From Candidatus Poribacteria bacterium (GTDB taxonomy: Bacteria > Poribacteria > WGA-4E > WGA-3G): a DNA stretch of 64,000 bases. A program made the translations under genes and the position numbers. Under the pieces are notes generated by a model. That model was not told the origin of the DNA, did not search any database, and saw only the letters and a program-made list of their open reading frames with translations. The stretch covers positions 14,690 through 78,689 of the forward strand of contig JAAXHO010000131.1 of the NCBI GenBank assembly GCA_012270795.1. The letters are read 5' to 3'. Below, in pieces: positions 51,496 through 61,053 of this stretch. Every line of letters begins with the position of its first letter. The first letter of the stretch is position 1.

Positions 51496-54400
51496 ATGTC
51501 AAGACTATTAGATGGATTAAACCCTTCACAACGAGAAGCTGTTACACATACAATAGGTCCCCTTTTAATTATTGCAGGCCCCGGATCAGGTAAAACGCGA
51601 ACAGTTGTTCATTCTATTGCTTATGCTATAGAAAATAAAGAAAGGTTACCGAGTAGAATCGTTGCATTCACTTTCACGCGCAAAGCCCGTGAGGAGTTGA
51701 GGTACCGTGTGCAAGAAGTCATGGAACGAGACGAAAACGCTACTGACGTTTGGATTTCTACATTCCACAGTTTTTGTGGGAAGGTTCTGCACCAAGATGT
51801 TCAGCAGTTGGACATAAGTAACAGACAAGAGTTTACCATTAATGAGTTAACACGTCTCTATAATGAGGGGACGCGTGCCCAAATTGAATATCTACAGCAT
51901 CATCGATTTGCTGAACCCGAGGAAGTCCTGCGTTTTATAAACGAGTGCACAGCAGAGGATGTTTCTCCTGCTGAGGTAAGGAGTTACGCGCAGCATCGCC
52001 ACATCTCACAAACCTATGTAGAAATCTACCAGAGATACAGACAACTTGTTGAAAATGGCGAGGCTAATTATACTGAATGCCAACTATTGACGAATGCTCT
52101 TCTCAGGGATGTTCCTGAAGTTAGAGAAAGATGGCAAGAGAAATTTGATCTTATCTTCGTTGATGAATACCAGGACACGGATCTTATTCAATACCAAATT
52201 ATCAAAACTCTTGCAGAGAGGCATCAGAACCTAAGGGTTGTTGGGGATGATGACCAAAGTATTTACGGATGGCGGGGAGCTGATATCCAAAATATATTAA
52301 ACTTTGAGAAAGACTATCAGCATGCTAAAGTAATTTCGCTTGGACAAAACTATCGTTCGACAAAGAAGGTAGTTGCGGTATCCCGTGCGTTAGCGGACTT
52401 TAATCCAGATAGACGAGATAAAGAACTGTTTACGTGGAACTTTGAAGGTGAGAAAGTAAAACACCTCCATTGTGAAAACCATGAAGAAGCTTCTACTATC
52501 GCCGCTTTTATCCATCGTGCTATTGATGAAGGCGGTCGATCACCAAGCGATTTTGCTGTGCTATACCGCAACAATAAACAAGCAGATGCTTTTAAAAACG
52601 CTTTCAATGGTTTAGGAATTCAGTATCATATAGCTCCAGACTCTTCAGATACGAACACCCCTGGTGTATCTATGATGACGATCCATAAATCTAAAGGTCT
52701 GGAATTTCCTAACGTGTTTGTGGTAGGTATATGTCAAGGGTTATTACCAAATTATCACAACCAAGATGAAAAGAACTGGGATGAGGAACTCCGAGTCCTT
52801 TACGTGGCGATGACTCGAGCAAAAAACTGGTTATGTTTGTCTTCTTATGAAAGAGAGGGATACAAACAGCGCGGACAATCCCCATTCTTGAAACGCCAGT
52901 ACATCCCAACTAACCTTCTTGAATCCATATCGACGCTACAGGATACCAAGATACCACCAGCACCTGAGGAGATGAACGCTCCTGAGGAATCATCCAACTA
53001 TATTGAGCCGCTTCCTGAGCAACTACTTGGAAATGGTATGACTGTCCTGGGAATAGATCCAGGTATCCAAAATGTAGGATGGTCAATCACTAAAAAATCT
53101 CCTGATGGTTATACTGTCCTTGACTATGGGACCCAGACTACTACTGGATGGCAAGATACCTTAGTACAAACAAAAAGCACAATCAATAAACTGATAGACT
53201 TACATTGTCCCGATGCAATTGCGGTCGAGAAGATTGAAATTGGAAGTGAAGCAACAAGAGAAGATTGGTTTCTTTACGTAGCAGGATGTGTAGCAACCAT
53301 AAAAAGCATTGCCCATCAACGCGAAATTGAGTGTCCCCTTTATACACCACAGCATGTTAAAGAGGCAGCCACGGACAATAGAAATGCATGTAAGGTAGAT
53401 GTTCAGAAGGCTGTCAAGCGAATGTGTAAACTCTCGCAAATTCCAGAACCTCATCATTCCGCTGATGCTATTGCAGCAAGTCTTTGTTACCTCAGAAGTT
53501 ATCTAAACTCTTCCCGCTTTGAAGGTAATAAACGAAAAGAGGAAAATTACAACTCAGGTATCGAGCATTTGGACAATCAGAAATATAGCGATGCAATCGC
53601 CAAGTTCAATGAGGCGATAAATATAGACCCCATTGATGCAGAGATGCACTACGGAGTAGGGCGTGCGTGCCTTGGACAGGGTGACTTGAAAACAGGGGAA
53701 AATGCAGCCAAAAAAGCAATAAGGCTTACAGAGAATAATCATCCCGATTCACAGAAACTTTTGGATGCTATAAGGCATTATCGCTCTGGTTGTAATTTCT
53801 TGAAAAATCGTGAATGGGATAGGGCGATTGACAAATTCCAAGAAGCTATAAATATAGAACCTATTTTTACTGATGCACACTATGGACTGGGACGCGTGCA
53901 CCTTGCACAAGGCAATTTGGATGAAGCAGAAAATGCTGCTAAAAAAGCTTTAGGGTTAACAAAAAATAACCATCCTGATTCACAGAAACTTTTGGATGCT
54001 ATAGAGCATTACCGCTCTGGTTGTAATTCCTTGAACAATCATGAATGGGATATCGCGATTGACAAATTCCAAGAAGCTATAAACCGAGAACCTATCTTTA
54101 CTGATGCATACTGTGGGCTTAGCGAGGTATACCTTGAGACAGGTAATCTGGAAGCTGCCAGAAATGCAGCCGAAGAAGCCTTAAGACTCATAAATGACTA
54201 TCAACCTGCCCAAGAACTTAAAGAAAAAATAAAAGAAAAATACAAAGAGCAAGGTGATGAGCATCAGAATAGAAAAGCGTACGCCGAGGCAGTAAAATCT
54301 TATAAACTGGCAATAAGAATTGATAAAAAATATAAAGATGCGCATAACAATCTTGGTATGGTTTATCGGAAAATGGAAAAATACAACAGGGCAATAAAAG

Positions 54401-55239
54401 CCCATCTGCAAGCAATAAACATTGATGAAAGCTGTCATATAGGCCATACCTATCTCGGCATCGTATACTACAGGATGGGCGAGTATGCTGAGGCCGTAAG
54501 TCCACTAAAACGTGCAATTGCAATTAAGTCTGATTATCAAATAGCATACTACAATCTTGCTCGTACTTACTTCAAAATGGAAAATCTAACAGAGGCAAGT
54601 GAAACAGTGCTTGAGGCAAAAAGGCTTGATGCTAATGATCAGGATACACTTAAAATTGTAATGGGTATCCAAGACGCATATTTGAAAAAAGGATATGATA
54701 ATTTTAGACAGGGTGATCTAACTGCATCAGAAAAAGAAGCAAAATATGCATTACGACTTGACCCAAACTATAAGCATGCAACCTGTCTTATGAACTCTAT
54801 AAAAGAAGAGTATTATAAACGTGGTTCAACATCTCTTAAACAGAACGAATGGATACCAGCAGAAACATGTGCAAAAGAAGCATTGAGAATTGACCGAAAC
54901 TATCAACTTGCATCTGAACTTTTAAAACAAGCGTATTATGAACAGGGACTTGCACACATAAAAAACAGCAGATATGACAAAGGTATAAACAAACTTCAAA
55001 AAGCAAACGATATTGATGCAAATTGTGAAAAAACGCACTATTATCTTGGATTGGCTTACTTCCAATTGGACAGATTGAAAGAAGCAAAACTATCGATCAA
55101 AAATGCATTATCAATTCAACAAAATTATCCTCAGGCCAGTGAACTTCTGTCTAAAATAAACCATCCCCGTAATTGGTTAAAATTAGGAAGGACTAAGGTG
55201 CAACAATTGGCTCGTTGGATAGACGAATTTCTTTCTTAA
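51496..55239 (+). CDS. UvrD/Rep helicase - RuvC nuclease - TPR fusion protein
   Basis: All SF1A motifs: LNPSQ, AGPGSGKT, TFHSF, DEYQD, GDDDQSIYGWRGA, NYRS, TIHKSKGLEF, YVAMTRA. RuvC motifs LGIDPG, IAVE, YTPQ.VK, HHSADAIA. Long TPR tail. ATG 51496 is preferred over the track's 51400. Confidence 0.9.
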   Translation: MSRLLDGLNPSQREAVTHTIGPLLIIAGPGSGKTRTVVHSIAYAIENKERLPSRIVAFTFTRKAREELRYRVQEVMERDENATDVWISTFHSFCGKVLHQDVQQLDISNRQEFTINELTRLYNEGTRAQIEYLQHHRFAEPEEVLRFINECTAEDVSPAEVRSYAQHRHISQTYVEIYQRYRQLVENGEANYTECQLLTNALLRDVPEVRERWQEKFDLIFVDEYQDTDLIQYQIIKTLAERHQNLRVVGDDDQSIYGWRGADIQNILNFEKDYQHAKVISLGQNYRSTKKVVAVSRALADFNPDRRDKELFTWNFEGEKVKHLHCENHEEASTIAAFIHRAIDEGGRSPSDFAVLYRNNKQADAFKNAFNGLGIQYHIAPDSSDTNTPGVSMMTIHKSKGLEFPNVFVVGICQGLLPNYHNQDEKNWDEELRVLYVAMTRAKNWLCLSSYEREGYKQRGQSPFLKRQYIPTNLLESISTLQDTKIPPAPEEMNAPEESSNYIEPLPEQLLGNGMTVLGIDPGIQNVGWSITKKSPDGYTVLDYGTQTTTGWQDTLVQTKSTINKLIDLHCPDAIAVEKIEIGSEATREDWFLYVAGCVATIKSIAHQREIECPLYTPQHVKEAATDNRNACKVDVQKAVKRMCKLSQIPEPHHSADAIAASLCYLRSYLNSSRFEGNKRKEENYNSGIEHLDNQKYSDAIAKFNEAINIDPIDAEMHYGVGRACLGQGDLKTGENAAKKAIRLTENNHPDSQKLLDAIRHYRSGCNFLKNREWDRAIDKFQEAINIEPIFTDAHYGLGRVHLAQGNLDEAENAAKKALGLTKNNHPDSQKLLDAIEHYRSGCNSLNNHEWDIAIDKFQEAINREPIFTDAYCGLSEVYLETGNLEAARNAAEEALRLINDYQPAQELKEKIKEKYKEQGDEHQNRKAYAEAVKSYKLAIRIDKKYKDAHNNLGMVYRKMEKYNRAIKAHLQAINIDESCHIGHTYLGIVYYRMGEYAEAVSPLKRAIAIKSDYQIAYYNLARTYFKMENLTEASETVLEAKRLDANDQDTLKIVMGIQDAYLKKGYDNFRQGDLTASEKEAKYALRLDPNYKHATCLMNSIKEEYYKRGSTSLKQNEWIPAETCAKEALRIDRNYQLASELLKQAYYEQGLAHIKNSRYDKGINKLQKANDIDANCEKTHYYLGLAYFQLDRLKEAKLSIKNALSIQQNYPQASELLSKINHPRNWLKLGRTKVQQLARWIDEFLS

Positions 55240-55290
55240 CGGAGATAGAAAAAGGGATAGCTAAGGTGCAACAATTGGCTCGTTGGATAG
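55193..55290. repeat. 30-bp perfect direct repeat separated by 38 bp
   Basis: CTAAGGTGCAACAATTGGCTCGTTGGATAG at 55193 and 55261. Confidence 0.9.
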
Positions 55291-55369
55291 TAAACCGTAT
55301 CGGGTTCTAAAAAACGTAATAAGATACTGACCCTGTAATCAAAATCACAATTCGTACAGAGAAACATAG

Positions 55370-56668
55370 ATGAACACACACAAAAACTACGACACCATCA
55401 TTATCGGAGGGGGGCCTGCCGGTAGCACTGCCGCGACGCTTATTGCACAACAGGGTTACCGTGTCCTACTCTTAGAACGCGAAACTGAACCCACGTTTAA
55501 AATCGGTGAGTCGCTCATTCCTGCCACCTACTGGACTTTCAAACGACTCGGCATGCTCAAGAAGTTAAGAGAGAGTCATTTCCCGCAGAAGTTCAGTGTG
55601 CAGTTCTTTACACGCACAGGGAAAGCAACGAATCCGTTCTATTTCTTTGAGACCAATCCCCATGAAAGTGCAATAACGTGGCAGGTATTACGTAGCGAGT
55701 TTGACCAGATGCTGTTGGACAACGCAACAGAAAAAGGGGTAGAGGTGCGATGGGGTGTGAGTGTACGGAAAGTCCTTTTTGAGGGTGACAAGGCGTTAGG
55801 TGTCGTTGCACAGAATGGGAAAAATGGTAACCTTGAAACGATACATGGTCATGTGATAGTCGATTCGACGGGGCAACGTTCACTGATTGGCAGGCAGTTA
55901 GACCTCAACACTTTTGAACCCAATTTGAAAAAGGCATCGCTATTTACACACTACGAAGATGGGTATCGTGACGAAGGTTTAGATGAAGGTGCAACGCTCA
56001 TCTTACATACAGAGGATAAAGATTCATGGTTTTGGTCAATTCCGCTTCCATATAACCGCACCAGCATTGGTGTTGTCGGTGAATTGGATTATCTACTTCA
56101 AAATCGGAGAGAACAAAACGGCAAACTGAATGCACAAAAGATTTTTGATGAGGAATTGGAGAAATGCCAACCTTTGAAGCAACGACTTGAAGGGGCAAAA
56201 CAGCTCTTTCCTATACAGACAACAAAGGACTTTTCATATCGTGCCAGTAGAATCGCAGGTGAGAATTGGGTGTTGATTGGAGATGCGTTTGGGTTCTTGG
56301 ATCCGGTATATTCAACAGGACTATTCTTAGCACTCAAATCCGGTGAAATGGCTGCCGATGTAATTGTTGATGCGTTTCGGTCAAATGACTTTTCAGGAAC
56401 AAAGTTAGGAAGTTGGGGACAGGTATTTGTTGATGGCATGGAAGCATTTCGGAAATTGGTCTACGCTTTTTACACAAAAGAATTCAGTTTTGCAAGGTTT
56501 CTGACAGAGTACCCAGAGCATTTAGGCGGTATCGTAGACATATTAAGCGGTGATGTCTATAGACGTGATGTAACGCACATCTTTCCTGATATGTCAAAGA
56601 TGTGTTATTTTCCACCTGAAGTTCCACTTGAACAAACTACAAATGAAAACAGCATAGCAAAGATGTAA
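55370..56668 (+). CDS. FAD-dependent oxidoreductase, flavin-dependent halogenase-like
   Basis: GGGPAG, KIGES, R..FD..L, WFWSIP (WxWxIP) and GDA.GF.DP.YSTG. Confidence 0.85.
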   Translation: MNTHKNYDTIIIGGGPAGSTAATLIAQQGYRVLLLERETEPTFKIGESLIPATYWTFKRLGMLKKLRESHFPQKFSVQFFTRTGKATNPFYFFETNPHESAITWQVLRSEFDQMLLDNATEKGVEVRWGVSVRKVLFEGDKALGVVAQNGKNGNLETIHGHVIVDSTGQRSLIGRQLDLNTFEPNLKKASLFTHYEDGYRDEGLDEGATLILHTEDKDSWFWSIPLPYNRTSIGVVGELDYLLQNRREQNGKLNAQKIFDEELEKCQPLKQRLEGAKQLFPIQTTKDFSYRASRIAGENWVLIGDAFGFLDPVYSTGLFLALKSGEMAADVIVDAFRSNDFSGTKLGSWGQVFVDGMEAFRKLVYAFYTKEFSFARFLTEYPEHLGGIVDILSGDVYRRDVTHIFPDMSKMCYFPPEVPLEQTTNENSIAKM

Positions 56669-56738
56669 CAACGGTTCAATTTCGTAATCAAAATGTCAGT
56701 ATATTTTGTTTGATTCATTAAAATAAAGGAGAACAAAA

Positions 56739-57785
56739 ATGAGAAATGTCATATTTAATACACCTATTATCATTCTTATTGTGGTCTTAAGTCTTGGTAT
56801 CGGTTGCGATAATGCCTCAAAAAAGGATGCCGACAATGGCGACAACGGTGAAGCATCCACAACAACAGAGGACAAAAACACATCAGAGCGGCAATTTCTT
56901 AGTGTTGGGACCGCCCCACTGCAAGGTGCTTTTCATCAAGTTGGTAGTGCGATTGCTGACGTTGTTAACCGAAATATAAAAGAAAAAGATTGGGTGGTCA
57001 CTGCGGAAGGTACTAAAGGCACACAACAGAACATACGACTACTTGTAGAAGAAGATAGTACACTGGAATTTGGGATGGCTAACGCTGCAATATCATACTT
57101 TGCTGTTCGTGGTGAAGGCGCGTGGAAAACTGAACAACCGATTCGTGCTGTAGTAACCCTTGCCCCCAATGTTGCATTATTTGTAACCCAAAAATCCTCT
57201 GGTATCCAATCCATGCAGGAGCTCAAAGGCAAACGGGTGGTTGTGGGACCTGCAGGTGCGGGTTTTGAGTATTTCTTGAAACCAGTATTTGAGGAACACG
57301 GTCTGACTTATGATGATTTTACCGACCTCAACGGTTCTTATGGTGATGCGGTTGATATGTTGGCAAATGGATCAGCCGATGCCGCGTTTATGGGAGGTGC
57401 ACACCCTATTTCAGCAGTTAGACAAGCGATTTCGTCTCAAGACATAGTTTTTATTCCATTTGAAGAAGCCGCGTTGAAATCCCTCTTTGAGAAATACCCA
57501 TTTTTTAACGCAGTGACAATTTCTGCCAATACTTATGATAAGATACAAAAGGAAGCATTTTCTTCCGTGAATGTTGGTTCAATGCACCTTATCACTGCGG
57601 AGAATGCTGATGAAGATATGGTGTACCACTTTACAAAAACATTATATACGCATCGTGCGGAAGTAGTTGATGCACATCCTGCTGGTAAGGCGATCAATGA
57701 AAAGAACGCTGTCAAAGATGTAGGAACACCATTTCACCCGGGGGCAGTCCGTTTTTATAAGGAAATTGGTATTTGGATTGAGTGA
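56739..57785 (+). CDS. TAXI family TRAP transporter solute-binding lipoprotein
   Basis: Lipobox GIGC, GT....G.F...G, T.G...N, LKGKRV.VG and PFHPGA.RFYKE.G. Confidence 0.9.
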   Translation: MRNVIFNTPIIILIVVLSLGIGCDNASKKDADNGDNGEASTTTEDKNTSERQFLSVGTAPLQGAFHQVGSAIADVVNRNIKEKDWVVTAEGTKGTQQNIRLLVEEDSTLEFGMANAAISYFAVRGEGAWKTEQPIRAVVTLAPNVALFVTQKSSGIQSMQELKGKRVVVGPAGAGFEYFLKPVFEEHGLTYDDFTDLNGSYGDAVDMLANGSADAAFMGGAHPISAVRQAISSQDIVFIPFEEAALKSLFEKYPFFNAVTISANTYDKIQKEAFSSVNVGSMHLITAENADEDMVYHFTKTLYTHRAEVVDAHPAGKAINEKNAVKDVGTPFHPGAVRFYKEIGIWIE

Positions 57786-57801
57786 AAAATGTCAAAATCA
57801 T

Positions 57802-57831
57802 TTGACAACACAATTAATCTTATGGTATTAT
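57802..57831 (+). promoter_or_regulatory. Putative tRNA promoter
   Basis: TTGACA-N18-TATTAT with an extended TG. Confidence 0.65.
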
Positions 57832-57842
57832 AAATACCTAAA

Positions 57843-57915
57843 GCCGAGATAGCTCAGTCGGTAGAGCAGTAGACTGAAAATCTACGTGTCGGCAGTTCGA
57901 TTCTGCCTCTCGGCA
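57843..57915 (+). tRNA. tRNA-Phe (GAA)
   Basis: Acceptor stem GCCGAGA/TCTCGGC, anticodon arm GTAGA-CTGAAAA-TCTAC and T-loop GTTCGA. CCA is not encoded. Confidence 0.95.
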
Positions 57916-57940
57916 TTTTCTTATTGCAACTGTATGTCAA

Positions 57941-58012
57941 GCCGGTGTAGCTCAGTGGAAGAGCGACTGATTCGTAATCAGTAGGTCGGAGGTTCAAATC
58001 CTCTCATCGGCT
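57941..58012 (+). tRNA. tRNA-Thr (CGT)
   Basis: Acceptor stem GCCGGTG/CATCGGC, anticodon arm ACTGA-TTCGTAA-TCAGT and T-loop GTTCAA. CCA is not encoded. Confidence 0.95.
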
Positions 58013-58029
58013 TTTTCTATTGCTTCTTT

Positions 58030-59100
58030 TTATTTGTCTATATCTTGCTCAAGTGATGTAATGATTGCTAAGGTTGTTGCGTGCGGTTCAAGTGCATATA
58101 CCCTTCGGTACATCTCAAGTGCTTTCCGTGGATTTCTAAGGTAACTTTCATATATTTCTGCCATTTCCTGCCAAGCTAGTATTTCATCTGGATCAAGTTC
58201 TACGATTTCTTCATAGACTTCCAATGCGTCAGCATAAGGTCGTGTTGCTGCTTCGCGTTTCAGGGCATTTGCACGTACATACAGTAAACGGATGAGATCG
58301 TCTCTTATCTCTTGTATATCTGGTTGGATTTTGTATGCTTCTTTCAAAAGGATGATTGATTGTGTCTCAAGACGCGTGATCTCTGCCATATCTGTACTGG
58401 TGAGTTCTCGGTCAACGAAACGATACGACTGAAGCATTTTGTTGTAAGTGCGAGATAGTTGAAGTCGTGCCAGTATGCCTATAGGTGCTTTCTGTGATGT
58501 AATATGTTCCAATTCAGGATCGTTTTCAATCGCAGCTTGATAATATGTTGTTGCTTCCTTATATTGTTGACTACCTTGATATAGAACACCGAGTAGGTAG
58601 TTTGCTTCGGCATTATCTGGATTCTTTTCAAGCAATTTCAAAAACTGTTCAGTTGCTTCCACTGGCAAGCTGTCATCACGAAGGAATTTTCCACTGAGCA
58701 TAAGCACATCTTCATGGTCAGGTTGAATGTGGGCAGCGTGTTGCAATCGGACTTTAGCATCCTTGAACCAATTACTCTGAGAATAGATATCTGCGATACG
58801 TAGGTTGATATGCAGTCGTTCCTTTTCATTCTGCTCTGTTTTGTCAGCGTCATAAGCGCGTAATGCATGCCAATATAGGTTGACCGCCCTACCCAAATCC
58901 TGCTTATCATAGAGCGCATCTGCTTCAGCTAAGTATTTTTCGGTATCGGATATATTTGGGGTACTGGGATTAGTTCTACTCTTCCCCATGTAGACTGCTG
59001 CAACAACAAAGAAACCAACAATAGATAGGATTTCTATGTATATTAACCATCTTTTGGATGTAAAAAATGATTTGTTTTCGTTATGTTTGGTAGAATCCAT
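58030..59100 (-). CDS. Membrane-anchored TPR protein
   Basis: N-terminal TM helix and TPRs (NPDNAEANYLLGVLY). Confidence 0.85.
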   Translation of the reverse strand: MDSTKHNENKSFFTSKRWLIYIEILSIVGFFVVAAVYMGKSRTNPSTPNISDTEKYLAEADALYDKQDLGRAVNLYWHALRAYDADKTEQNEKERLHINLRIADIYSQSNWFKDAKVRLQHAAHIQPDHEDVLMLSGKFLRDDSLPVEATEQFLKLLEKNPDNAEANYLLGVLYQGSQQYKEATTYYQAAIENDPELEHITSQKAPIGILARLQLSRTYNKMLQSYRFVDRELTSTDMAEITRLETQSIILLKEAYKIQPDIQEIRDDLIRLLYVRANALKREAATRPYADALEVYEEIVELDPDEILAWQEMAEIYESYLRNPRKALEMYRRVYALEPHATTLAIITSLEQDIDK

Positions 59101-59108
59101 AACATTTC

Positions 59109-61007
59109 CTACAATGTACCAGCTTTGGCAGTATTAAACTCAGTCTCAATTTCGTCGATTATATCCAGCATATCTTCTGCGTTAATGAATTTTTCAATTC
59201 GTTTGTAAATTTTCCCTTGACCGTTCAGGAAAATCACGACAGGTAAGCCACGTATCTGATATTTCTCTGCCAAAATCTTGTCTGTTTCTGTGGTAAAATC
59301 AAGTTTAACTGTGATATAGTTCTCTAATCTATCAACAATTTCTTGATTAGAAAAAGTTTTATGATCTAACTCGTTACATGCGCCGCACCATTTTGCATAA
59401 AAATCCAACATGACCAGTTTATTTTCTTGTCTTGCAGTTTCTAAAGCGGTACGTTCAGCTTCTGAAGCAGGTAGTTCACCATAAACCCAGTTTAGGTGTG
59501 GTCCTGCGGCGGGTTGCTGTAGGCCTCCAAAAAACATGAAAGTACCCAATATTGCTAAGCCAAGTCCAATTGCTTTTCTTACTTGCATCCCTTTAGATAT
59601 ATCTCTAAATCGTTTTTCTAACTTAACAAGATACAATCCAATGAGAATTATAACAATTGCTATAGCAAAAAATGGAATGGAGTTTTGTAGTAATCCAGTT
59701 AGCGGGGCAAATATCTGAAGGTTTTTGAGGAAAAGGAGTGCTACTGTAATGATTGCGATACCGAATATATTTTCCAATATATACATCCAACCGCCTGAAC
59801 GTGGAAGGGAAGAGATCATGCCAGAGAATGTACCAATGCATATAAACAATAAACCCATACCGAGTGCATAAGTGAACGTCAACCAAAAACCGAGCCACAG
59901 CCTGCTTGTGGTTGCAATATATGTCAAAATAGCTGCTAAAGGGGGTCCGGTGCATGGGGCAGCAATCACCCCAGCAACTGTTCCCATTGCGAATGCACCT
60001 ATAAATCCTGTTCCTCCGACAGTGTTGAGTCTGTTTTGCATTGATGAAGGCAACTGAATTTCAAATACGCCAAACATAGACAAACCGAGCGCGAAAAGTA
60101 TCAGACTAATGAAGCCGATCACCCACGGATTCGCCATAATTGTTCCAAATACTGCCCCTGTTGAAGCTACGGCAACACCAAGAATGGAACAGGTAAGGAT
60201 AATTCCAAATACATACACAACAGAAAGTAGGAAAGATTTCAATTTACTTGCGGACTCATTTGCACCGAAAATTGAAACTGTAATCGGAATTAGGGGATAA
60301 ACACACGGGGTCAAACTTGTTGCAATACCCCCAACAAACGCCAATAGCAGGGCAAGCCAGGTTCTTCCACCTGAAAGGGCTCTTGCTATCCCACCTTCGT
60401 TCTCAACACTGCTTTCTGTATGTTCTTCAAAATTGAGATTTGCGAAAATCTCTTCGTTGGTGGGTAGAATAGATTCTTCAATGCTGACAATTTGAATTGG
60501 TATCTGTATGTTTTTAGTTTCAGGTATGAGACACTGTTCGTCGTTACATGCTTGATAGGTCAGTTGTAGGTCTAATGTCGTTGCTTCTATAGGTGCATTT
60601 TTCTGAACTGTTGCAGGAATACCAAAAGTAATAGTGTCGTGATAGACTGAAGCTAAACCGATTGAAGCGATATCAAGTGTGTCGCCTGCTGGATAAACAA
60701 CTTCATCAAAACTGATGTTTGACATTTCGGGTAGGGTTATTTCAGTTGGGATGAGTCCTTCACGAGTGGGATTAGCGTTTACATGCCATCCTGCAGCTAT
60801 CTCTACAACAATTGCAATTTGGAAATCAGTTCCAGGTTGAACCTTGTCTAATGATAAATATCCTTTAGCAGTCAGTTTTTCAATAGGTTGGTCATCAGAC
60901 AAACCCAATTCTGGAAACTGTGCTGAGGCGTAAATTGGGTATATTGTTAAAATAGATGTTAACAAGAATATTTGCAGAAACTTGTTGAGTTTTACATGTT
61001 TTGACAT
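59109..61007 (-). CDS. dsbD: Thiol:disulfide interchange protein DsbD
   Basis: YQACNDEQC (alpha domain), TPCVYP and APCTGP (beta), WCGAC thioredoxin (gamma). Confidence 0.92.
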   Translation of the reverse strand: MSKHVKLNKFLQIFLLTSILTIYPIYASAQFPELGLSDDQPIEKLTAKGYLSLDKVQPGTDFQIAIVVEIAAGWHVNANPTREGLIPTEITLPEMSNISFDEVVYPAGDTLDIASIGLASVYHDTITFGIPATVQKNAPIEATTLDLQLTYQACNDEQCLIPETKNIQIPIQIVSIEESILPTNEEIFANLNFEEHTESSVENEGGIARALSGGRTWLALLLAFVGGIATSLTPCVYPLIPITVSIFGANESASKLKSFLLSVVYVFGIILTCSILGVAVASTGAVFGTIMANPWVIGFISLILFALGLSMFGVFEIQLPSSMQNRLNTVGGTGFIGAFAMGTVAGVIAAPCTGPPLAAILTYIATTSRLWLGFWLTFTYALGMGLLFICIGTFSGMISSLPRSGGWMYILENIFGIAIITVALLFLKNLQIFAPLTGLLQNSIPFFAIAIVIILIGLYLVKLEKRFRDISKGMQVRKAIGLGLAILGTFMFFGGLQQPAAGPHLNWVYGELPASEAERTALETARQENKLVMLDFYAKWCGACNELDHKTFSNQEIVDRLENYITVKLDFTTETDKILAEKYQIRGLPVVIFLNGQGKIYKRIEKFINAEDMLDIIDEIETEFNTAKAGTL

Positions 61008-61053
61008 AATTAAGTTTCCTTGATAGAGACTTACTTTGTTGTGAATATTAGTG

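Noticed and set aside
53038-53490. RuvC domain as a Cas12/TnpB/IscB RNA-guided nuclease
   Set aside because: It is a contiguous resolvase-type RuvC, not the split form. There is no zinc finger, array or evident guide RNA nearby.
56739-57785. Orphan TAXI binding protein (and orphan MacB permease at 26112) as novel systems
   Set aside because: Partners are commonly encoded elsewhere in genomes with fragmented operons, and the proteins show nothing unusual.
57843-58012. tRNA genes as an integration site of an island
   Set aside because: No integrase, and I noticed no duplicated tRNA 3' end in the window.
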